DNA of 6,217 nucleotides from an uncultured archaeon (lineage in GTDB: Archaea > Iainarchaeota > Iainarchaeia > Iainarchaeales > 0-14-0-20-30-16): assembly GCA_964565125.1 (NCBI GenBank), contig CAZMCX010000046.1, positions 1 through 6,217 on the forward strand. Direction: 5' to 3'. Shown here in pieces: positions 1 through 5,172 of this stretch. Below the pieces are notes generated by a model that had not been told where the DNA came from, searched no databases, and saw nothing but the letters and a program-made list of their open reading frames with translations. The translations under genes were made by a program, and so were the position numbers. How positions within the stretch are numbered: the stretch's first letter is position 1; every line of letters begins with the position of its first letter.

Positions 1-3
1 TAC

Positions 4-888
4 TCAAACTAATAAAAATATGATATATGCCAAAGGACAAATTATTATAAAATAGATTATAAACTTCTTCCAACTGCTGTCGATTAAGGCAACAAAAATA
101 CTTGTGATCAGCGAAAGTTCTCCGACATAGGCATAAATTGCTATTTTTGCCATCTGTAAAAGCTGGGCATCAAAAGAAAAGACATCTATTGTAGCATCAA
201 AAGAAAAATTAGAAACTATATTTAAAACCCACTTTAATACTAATGGCACAATTACTGCAGAGGACATCAAAAGAGTGTATTTCTGTATTGTAAGACCAAC
301 CTGCTTTTCTTTCTCAACTATTTCTGTTTCAATCAGATTCTTTGACAATTTTGTAAACAATTCTGAAACCTCAATTCCAGACTCATAAGATATTTTCAAA
401 TAGTTTATTATTTGCTTTAATTTAGCATTTTTGTTTCTTTTTACAATGTTGTCCAAAGCCTCCTGAACCGCAGTTCCTTTCATTATCTGCGAATAACAAA
501 TTTTAAACTCATAAGATAAAACATTATTTGAAATAGAGTTATCCGAAAAATATTTTATTATTTCGATTATATCTGTGCCTTTGGGAAAAAGAGATGCCTG
601 TATTAAAAGATCTGAAAGCCCAAGATTAATTTTTTTCTGATTATAGTCTTCAAGATATATAAAAAATAAGTAAAAAAACAATAACGAAAATAAGGCCGCA
701 AGAATAAAGCAACAAAGCAAAAGAACCAAAGAAACTACACCAACAATATAAAAAAATAATAAAACACTAAACAAAAAAACAAATAATGCAAAGGAATATT
801 TCAGATAATCAAAGAGATCCAAAGAGTTTTTGTTTAAAATAAATTCAAATTCCGTTTTGAGTTTTGTAAAATTAAGTTTAAATTGCAT
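4..888 (-). CDS. Type IV filament membrane platform protein with a single T2SSF-like domain (TadC-like / half of FlaJ-PilC), paralog 2
   Basis: Complete 294-aa ORF with ATG at 888-886 and TGA at 6-4. A GGAGG Shine-Dalgarno (896-900, minus sense) sits 7 nt before the ATG, and TAATG forms a stop/start overlap with the upstream gene. The translation shows a long hydrophobic N-terminal block (aa ~31-78). A ~115-aa soluble helical segment follows, with T2SSF-type patterns (KGTAVQEAL, then YESGIEVSELFTKLSKNL). More hydrophobic helices follow (aa ~203-225 and ~245-293). It aligns by eye with the adjacent 257-aa protein. Family assignment is by motif and architecture only. Confidence 0.7.
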   Translation of the reverse strand: MQFKLNFTKLKTEFEFILNKNSLDLFDYLKYSFALFVFLFSVLLFFYIVGVVSLVLLLCCFILAALFSLLFFYLFFIYLEDYNQKKINLGLSDLLIQASLFPKGTDIIEIIKYFSDNSISNNVLSYEFKICYSQIMKGTAVQEALDNIVKRNKNAKLKQIINYLKISYESGIEVSELFTKLSKNLIETEIVEKEKQVGLTIQKYTLLMSSAVIVPLVLKWVLNIVSNFSFDATIDVFSFDAQLLQMAKIAIYAYVGELSLITSIFVALIDSSWKKFIIYFIIICPLAYIIFLLV

Positions 889-1652
889 TATTTTTCCTCC
901 TTAAGATGATACGGCATTTGGTAAACCACAAAAGAAATGTACACAATATCAACTAGTGGGAACACTACAAAAAACAAAACCATTAATTGAGTTGGGGTAA
1001 TATTAACTTGAATAATAGTTGAGCCAACAGTAACAAACATCAGGTACAAAGAAGGGAGAATTGCGGTGGCTGCAATAAAAAACAATGAATACATTACCAA
1101 CTTACTAGAGTATGTTTTTGCTTCAAGTTTTTGTTTATTTAGTAATTCCTGTGCCAAAGTAGTTAATATATTGTCCTTATATCCTGATTCATAAAGCACC
1201 AGCATCTGTGATAAAGACCTTTTTAAAGGAATTGAATCTAATCGTTCCGCGAGCTTAAAGAAAGAATCTTGTAAATTACTACCTTTTAAGTAGCCGAACA
1301 ATAACTTTTCAAAAACAATATTTACTGTTTTATATTTTTTTGAATTTGTTTTTATTGAGTCCAAAAAATCAGAATTCAGAAACAAACTGATGTCAAGATC
1401 CATCAAAAAATATGGCAAGTCTTTTTCTAGATTTCCAATAAAATGTTTTTTTAACAAATAAGGTAATATTAAAAATAAAACATAAATACACAAACAAAAA
1501 AACAAAGCATAAACTAATGCAAACACTGAAAAAAATGGAAATAAAAATACAAGAAAAACAAGATATCCAATTATCAAAGACTTTAACATCAATTTTCTGT
1601 ATTCTTTTTCGCCTTTGTTAAAAAATAAATTTACATAAAATAAATCCTTCAT
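888..1652 (-). CDS. Type IV filament membrane platform protein with a single T2SSF-like domain (TadB-like / half of FlaJ-PilC), paralog 1
   Basis: The ORF track starts this gene at GTG 1661 (257 aa). I prefer ATG 1652-1650 (254 aa) because GAGTGA (1658-1663, minus sense) lies 5 nt upstream, the same Shine-Dalgarno spacing seen at the TFB and dsbA-like genes. Either start abuts or overlaps the ATPase stop codon (TGA 1656-1654). Architecture: hydrophobic hairpin (aa ~27-70), soluble helical segment (LEKDLPYFLMDL ... KGSNLQDSF ... LYESGYKDNILTTLAQELL), then two hydrophobic helices (aa ~186-210 and ~225-248). Stop TAA is at 890-888. Confidence 0.7.
   Translation of the reverse strand: MKDLFYVNLFFNKGEKEYRKLMLKSLIIGYLVFLVFLFPFFSVFALVYALFFCLCIYVLFLILPYLLKKHFIGNLEKDLPYFLMDLDISLFLNSDFLDSIKTNSKKYKTVNIVFEKLLFGYLKGSNLQDSFFKLAERLDSIPLKRSLSQMLVLYESGYKDNILTTLAQELLNKQKLEAKTYSSKLVMYSLFFIAATAILPSLYLMFVTVGSTIIQVNITPTQLMVLFFVVFPLVDIVYISFVVYQMPYHLKEEK
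896..900 (-). promoter_or_regulatory. Internal Shine-Dalgarno site for the second platform gene
   Basis: The minus-strand reading is AAGGAGGAAAAATAATG. GGAGG sits 7 nt before ATG 888 and is embedded in the last codons (LKEEK) of the upstream gene. Together with the TAATG overlap this indicates translational coupling. Confidence 0.75.
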
Positions 1653-1653
1653 T

Positions 1654-3174
1654 TCATTCACTCAAAATATAAGAATTAAACATTTTACTAAATTCGTCGA
1701 TTTTTAGTTCTTTATCGGAAAGTAAAAACTCTAAATAACTCCTTAAATCTTTTGAGAGCACAGAATATTTCTTTCCAAATACCAATTCTATTTTTTCTTT
1801 TACTTTCTTGCTTTCATTTACCTGCTCAAATTCATTTTTTGAGGCATTGTATTTAAACAAAATATTGACTTTAGAATTTTCTATTTCTGCAATTTCAAAC
1901 AGTTTTCTTCTTTCAATTTTCTGGCCGCCCTTTATTGAAGTCCACCTTTTTTGCAAGATAATCAGGTCCAATGCATTCAAATCTTGTTCATTTAGCCCAA
2001 AATTCTTAAGCCTAGATATTGTTTCATTCACGCTAAGGCCATGGAATGTAGCATAGCTTCCTTTTCCCTGGCCTGCAAGAATAGTGTCTAAATAAGCATC
2101 AACCTCTTCTTTAGTCCTTATTTCCCCGACTATCACCCTGTCCGGACGCATTCTTAAGGTTGTTTTTATTAAATCAGTCATATTTATCTTCTGCTCTGCA
2201 TTAACTTTCAGGCAAACTTTATGATTGTGCGGTATATTAATTTCTGGGGTTTCTTCAGTAATTATTATTCTTTCATCTAAAGGAACAAAAGAAAACAAAG
2301 AGTTCAGAAGAGTAGTTTTTCCACTGCCTGTATTCCCTGCAATAAGTACATTAATTTCAGATTGCATAGCTAACGCAAGAAAGATTGCCAGATCTAGTGA
2401 AATTGTATTATTTTTTATAAGATCCAAAGGAGTCATAGGATTAAATCTAAACTTTCTTATTGTTATAGAAATTCCAGAATTGACAACTGGCTTAATAATT
2501 GCATTAAGCCGCGATCCATCTTTTAAACTTGCATTCAAAATTGGGCTGGATAAAGTAATTCTTCTGCCTATGTTTCTTGACATTTTATTAACTAGTTCTC
2601 GCAGATAATTTTCGTTAGTAAAATATAGATTGGAGTCATGCCAGCCCCTATTGATTACATATACACAGATTTTTTTATCAAAACCATATCCATTTATTGC
2701 AATTTCCTCAATATCCTTACTTTCCAGTAAATAAGACAATGGCCCAAAAGAAAATAATTCTTTTTTTATTATTTCTAACAAATATTTTTGCTGATCATTG
2801 TCCAAGAGAATATTTTTGGAATTACAAAATTCCACCAATTGTGTTTCTAATTCCGCATCTAGATTCTCCGATGGAACATCTTCTATATTTTTCAAAAACA
2901 AAGAGACCAAATATTTTTCTGCAGCAGACAACTTCTTAATTTTTAAAACACATTTTTCGTTAAGATAAAAGGTATCAAATTCGGTTACATCATTAGTTTC
3001 TGACTTTTCAAGTTCCCAGCCCAAATCCACTGCTGAATACTCCAAAAGCTCTTTTTCTTCTTGGACTTTAGGAAACATCAAAGAATTATATTTTTTAAAA
3101 ACTTTTCGCTTTAAGTTTTTGAAAATTAGTTTTGTCTTTTTAATATGGTTCTTTTTTGCCTTTATAATTTCCAT
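1654..3174 (-). CDS. Type II/IV secretion-family hexameric ATPase (archaeal FlaI/PilB-like, TadA/CpaF-like)
   Basis: 506-aa ORF. Walker A is GNTGSGKTT (nt 2311-2337, checked against the DNA). Asp-box-like IIITEETPEI is at 2239-2268. Walker B is RPDRVIVGEIR at 2116-2148. His-box-like GSYATFHG is at 2038-2061, also checked. The order and spacing of these four motifs are characteristic of T2SSE/VirB11-superfamily ATPases. An in-frame stop lies immediately upstream of ATG 3174, so the ORF cannot extend further. No Shine-Dalgarno precedes the ATG. Confidence 0.9.
   Translation of the reverse strand: MEIIKAKKNHIKKTKLIFKNLKRKVFKKYNSLMFPKVQEEKELLEYSAVDLGWELEKSETNDVTEFDTFYLNEKCVLKIKKLSAAEKYLVSLFLKNIEDVPSENLDAELETQLVEFCNSKNILLDNDQQKYLLEIIKKELFSFGPLSYLLESKDIEEIAINGYGFDKKICVYVINRGWHDSNLYFTNENYLRELVNKMSRNIGRRITLSSPILNASLKDGSRLNAIIKPVVNSGISITIRKFRFNPMTPLDLIKNNTISLDLAIFLALAMQSEINVLIAGNTGSGKTTLLNSLFSFVPLDERIIITEETPEINIPHNHKVCLKVNAEQKINMTDLIKTTLRMRPDRVIVGEIRTKEEVDAYLDTILAGQGKGSYATFHGLSVNETISRLKNFGLNEQDLNALDLIILQKRWTSIKGGQKIERRKLFEIAEIENSKVNILFKYNASKNEFEQVNESKKVKEKIELVFGKKYSVLSKDLRSYLEFLLSDKELKIDEFSKMFNSYILSE
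1658..1663 (-). promoter_or_regulatory. Shine-Dalgarno-like site for the first platform gene
   Basis: The minus-strand reading is GAGTGA-ATGAA-ATG, embedded in the last codons of the ATPase gene. Confidence 0.5.
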
Positions 3175-3176
3175 TT

Positions 3177-3191
3177 AAAATAAAATAAAAT
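3177..3191 (-). terminator. (ATTTT)x3 oligo-T tract, a candidate archaeal termination signal or AT-rich promoter element
   Basis: The minus-strand reading is ATTTTATTTTATTTT, ending 2 nt before ATG 3174. Oligo-T runs are the established archaeal termination signal. Their position right at the next start codon makes the role ambiguous. Confidence 0.3.
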
Positions 3192-3201
3192 AGTAAGAAG
3201 T

Positions 3202-3221
3202 AAATTTCCATTAGGAAATTT
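3202..3221. repeat. Perfect 8-bp palindrome/hairpin AAATTTCC-ATTA-GGAAATTT upstream of the ATPase gene
   Basis: Arms at 3202-3209 and 3214-3221 are exact reverse complements with a 4-nt spacer. The element lies 28-47 nt upstream of ATG 3174. That is where a BRE/TATA would sit if the ATPase mRNA were leaderless (minus-strand GGAAATTTAC at about -35 to -26). Confidence 0.5.
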
Positions 3222-3231
3222 CTTCAGACCC

Positions 3232-3261
3232 AGAAACTTTTTGCAAAGCAAAAAGCTTTCT
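3232..3261 (-). terminator. Stem-loop ~10 nt downstream of the dsbA-like stop codon (possible terminator or attenuator)
   Basis: On the + strand, AGAAAC TTTTTGC (3232-3244), loop AAA (3245-3247), GCAAAAA G[C]TTTCT (3248-3261). This gives 13 bp with one bulged C (3256). It is the longest stem in the window. Archaeal termination mainly depends on oligo-T tracts, so a terminator role is uncertain. Confidence 0.35.
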
Positions 3262-3271
3262 TGGAAAGGAG

Positions 3272-4963
3272 TTATTGTTTAGATAACTCGTAATCCACTA
3301 CTTTCTTGAAAGCACTATAGTCTACATATCCACCAACTATTGTATTACCAACAATAAATGCTGGAGTTCCATTTAATCCAAGATTAGATGCGAAATTTGC
3401 AATATCTTGCAACTCAAGGTTATACGCATTTTCGGTATAACACACATCAAACTTGTTTAAATCTAATCCTACTTTTTGTGCAATGCCGGTCAAAATATTT
3501 ACATCATACCCTTCTCCGGCAGTAATAAATACTTTTTCATGGTATTGCCAAAATTTGCCTTGTTCAGCAGCACACATTGCTGCCAGAGATGCTAAAGGGG
3601 CTGTTGGATGTAAATCAGCTATTGGATGCTGTAAGTAGTAAAAGTTTACCTTTCCAGTATCAATATATTCAGCCTTAAGTTTTCCATAATTATTTTTATT
3701 GAATTCTCTACACCAAGGGCATTGATAATCCGAAAATTCAACTATTGTTAACTTTGCATCTTTACTACCGATAGAATAATCTTGTGACAAATTCTTTGCA
3801 AAGTCTGCAAGGTCAACTAAATAATAATAACCTTGAATTCCTACGGATGCCATTGTCTCAGTTTTATAAAAACCCAATACATTGTTGTCTGAATCCAGGG
3901 ATGGTACAAAGTCTTCATAAAATGGGCTATCTTTAACTTCCCCTTCAAACACATATGCTGGCAACATTTCAATTCCTAAATCTGAAATAAGCTTCTTTCC
4001 TGCATCGCTATCTGCATCTATTACTTCATCAGTAATTAGATAATAGTAATTAAATACATTAAATGGATTAGTGTTTTGTTTTTCAAAATAATCTAACCCT
4101 ATTTTTCCAATTACTTTTACTGTCATTGCTGGCTTTATTGGCTTTCCTAATGTAATGTTTTCAACAACCGAATCCACTATATCCATAGCAAATTTCTCGC
4201 CATTATAAACAAAGATTGGGTCTAAGCTCATAAAACCGTTTAATGCGACGGTCTGGAATTGTGAATCAACTATATTTTTCTTGTCTTCCGATTTATAACA
4301 AGCATCAAATTTCGTCTTATCTAAACTCAATTGAGTAACATAGGCATTTATCTTTTCATCAGTATAAATTCCTGGAAGCTTCTGTAAATAATAGTATTGC
4401 TTTGAATAATAGATTACTGATGTAACATCATTATGATCTTTGTTTGCATTGGTTAATAACAAGTCGATCATTTCACTTTCTTTTCCTTGTTCTTTTGCAC
4501 ACAATTCTGCTGTTTTTGCTTTCTTTCCCTCACCAAAGTTAAATCCGCCTAAACTTTGTGAACTTTCTATTCCACCATATAGTTCAAATTTTATATCAAC
4601 AGTTGGATATTTTGCAATTAATGATTTATAATTTTGATCATAAATAAATGCAGTACTTGGAGATAAATAATCCCCATATAAAGTAAATGTCACTTTATCA
4701 GAAACTATTTCCGTATTGTTATCATCTGTTGGCTTTACCTCTTTATTACCAAATGCAAAAGCCAATCCAATTACCACGATTATTACTATAATCAATCCAA
4801 GTATAAAATATTGACTTGTAAAAATCTCTCTTAATTTACTGTAATCACACTTTTTACATTTTATTTCTTTTGACCTTTCTTTAACTACTTCTGCTTTTTT
4901 TATTGGCTTTTCAGCCTTTTTTCCTGATTTCTTAACCACCTTACTTTTCTTCTTAACTGCCAT
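3272..4963 (-). CDS. Membrane-anchored multi-module DsbA-family thiol:disulfide oxidoreductase (degenerate N-terminal DsbA-like module plus catalytic C-terminal DsbA module)
   Basis: 563-aa ORF. It has a Lys-rich N-terminal tail (aa 1-39) and one hydrophobic helix, ILGLIIVIIVVIGLAFAF (nt ~4748-4810). The C-terminal module carries the thioredoxin-fold active site FSDYQCPWCREF (CPWC = nt 3710-3721, checked). It also carries the DsbA-type cis-Pro loop NGTPAFIVGN (nt ~3356-3370). AAGGTGAT Shine-Dalgarno lies at 4967-4974 (minus sense). The positive-inside rule places the redox modules outside the cell. Confidence 0.85.
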   Translation of the reverse strand: MAVKKKSKVVKKSGKKAEKPIKKAEVVKERSKEIKCKKCDYSKLREIFTSQYFILGLIIVIIVVIGLAFAFGNKEVKPTDDNNTEIVSDKVTFTLYGDYLSPSTAFIYDQNYKSLIAKYPTVDIKFELYGGIESSQSLGGFNFGEGKKAKTAELCAKEQGKESEMIDLLLTNANKDHNDVTSVIYYSKQYYYLQKLPGIYTDEKINAYVTQLSLDKTKFDACYKSEDKKNIVDSQFQTVALNGFMSLDPIFVYNGEKFAMDIVDSVVENITLGKPIKPAMTVKVIGKIGLDYFEKQNTNPFNVFNYYYLITDEVIDADSDAGKKLISDLGIEMLPAYVFEGEVKDSPFYEDFVPSLDSDNNVLGFYKTETMASVGIQGYYYLVDLADFAKNLSQDYSIGSKDAKLTIVEFSDYQCPWCREFNKNNYGKLKAEYIDTGKVNFYYLQHPIADLHPTAPLASLAAMCAAEQGKFWQYHEKVFITAGEGYDVNILTGIAQKVGLDLNKFDVCYTENAYNLELQDIANFASNLGLNGTPAFIVGNTIVGGYVDYSAFKKVVDYELSKQ

Positions 4964-4966
4964 AAA

Positions 4967-4974
4967 ATCACCTT
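4967..4974 (-). promoter_or_regulatory. Shine-Dalgarno site of the dsbA-like gene
   Basis: The minus-strand reading is AAGGTGAT, followed by TTT and then ATG (4963). Confidence 0.65.
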
Positions 4975-5008
4975 AGAATTAGTGTATTCTAAATAATAAA
5001 GGATAAAT

Positions 5009-5016
5009 AATATAAA
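5009..5016 (-). promoter_or_regulatory. Candidate TATA box for the dsbA-like gene (divergent from tfb)
   Basis: The minus-strand reading is TTTATATT. It lies ~46 nt upstream of ATG 4963, which would give a TSS near 4986 and a ~23-nt leader containing the SD. Several other AT-rich candidates exist in the 200-bp spacer. Confidence 0.3.
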
Positions 5017-5089
5017 GTATTATGTTAAAAAACTGCAAAAAACAAGGGGTAAACTATATAAACCCACGCAAGTAGATTTAAAAACCCGC

Positions 5090-5104
5090 CGAAATGTTTA
5101 TATA
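5090..5104 (+). promoter_or_regulatory. Putative BRE + TATA box of the tfb promoter
   Basis: CGAAA-TG-TTTATATA: a purine-rich BRE-like element directly upstream of a consensus-like archaeal TATA box (TTTATATA, 5097-5104). The usual spacing of about 26 nt from TATA centre to start site predicts a TSS near 5127-5128. That gives a ~45-nt leader containing the Shine-Dalgarno. In AT-rich DNA, TATA-like strings are common, so this is tentative. Confidence 0.45.
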
Positions 5105-5127
5105 TATCTTTCAATCCAAAGATATAT
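5102..5127. repeat. Perfect 10-bp inverted repeat (ATATATCTTT-N6-AAAGATATAT) over the tfb core promoter
   Basis: Left arm 5102-5111 is atatatcttt, spacer 5112-5117 is caatcc, right arm 5118-5127 is aaagatatat. The arms are exact reverse complements, verified base by base. The repeat overlaps the 3' part of the putative TATA box and ends at the predicted TSS. Confidence 0.6.
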
Positions 5128-5159
5128 GATTACTAATTATTTGTAATTCTAAAATCCTT

Positions 5160-5168
5160 AGGAGTGAT
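5160..5168 (+). promoter_or_regulatory. Shine-Dalgarno site of tfb
   Basis: AGGAGTGAT lies 4 nt upstream of ATG 5173. It resembles the GGAGGTGA-type SD complementary to the archaeal 16S rRNA 3' end. Confidence 0.7.
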
Positions 5169-5172
5169 ATTA

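Noticed and set aside
640-800. Long A-rich, low-complexity stretch that looks repeat-like
   Set aside because: It is the reverse complement of codons for the Phe/Leu/Tyr-rich transmembrane block of the 294-aa protein (TTT/TTA/TAT codons). It has no periodic unit, so it is not a tandem repeat or CRISPR array.
886-1661. The two platform genes as a frameshifted pseudogene of a single FlaJ-like gene
   Set aside because: Each ORF is complete, with its own start codon and SD (strong GGAGG for the second). Each begins with its own hydrophobic N-terminal segment, and the TAATG overlap is a standard coupling junction. A sequencing artefact cannot be excluded without reads or relatives, so this remains a refutation test in the finding.
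1808-2939. Three + strand ORFs from the track (1808-2056, 2225-2608, 2697-2939) antisense to the ATPase gene
   Set aside because: All lie entirely inside the motif-rich ATPase CDS on the opposite strand. They have low-complexity F/L/S/I-rich translations, no SD sites and no recognisable motifs. They are typical shadow ORFs in AT-rich DNA.
3453-4631. Two + strand ORFs (3453-3638, 4440-4631) antisense to the dsbA-like gene
   Set aside because: They are short, fully nested in a well-supported CDS, and have no SD or conserved-looking motif. They are shadow ORFs.
4964-5163. Possible small ncRNA or tRNA in the 200-bp divergent spacer
   Set aside because: No cloverleaf-compatible stems or GC-rich helices are present. 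The content is explained by two divergent promoters, SD sites and the palindrome reported separately.
5164-5172. GTG start (MIL extension) for TFB as given in the ORF track
   Set aside because: The AGGAGTGAT SD (5160-5168) would overlap this GTG. ATG 5173 has proper spacing and places the zinc ribbon at the usual position near the N-terminus.
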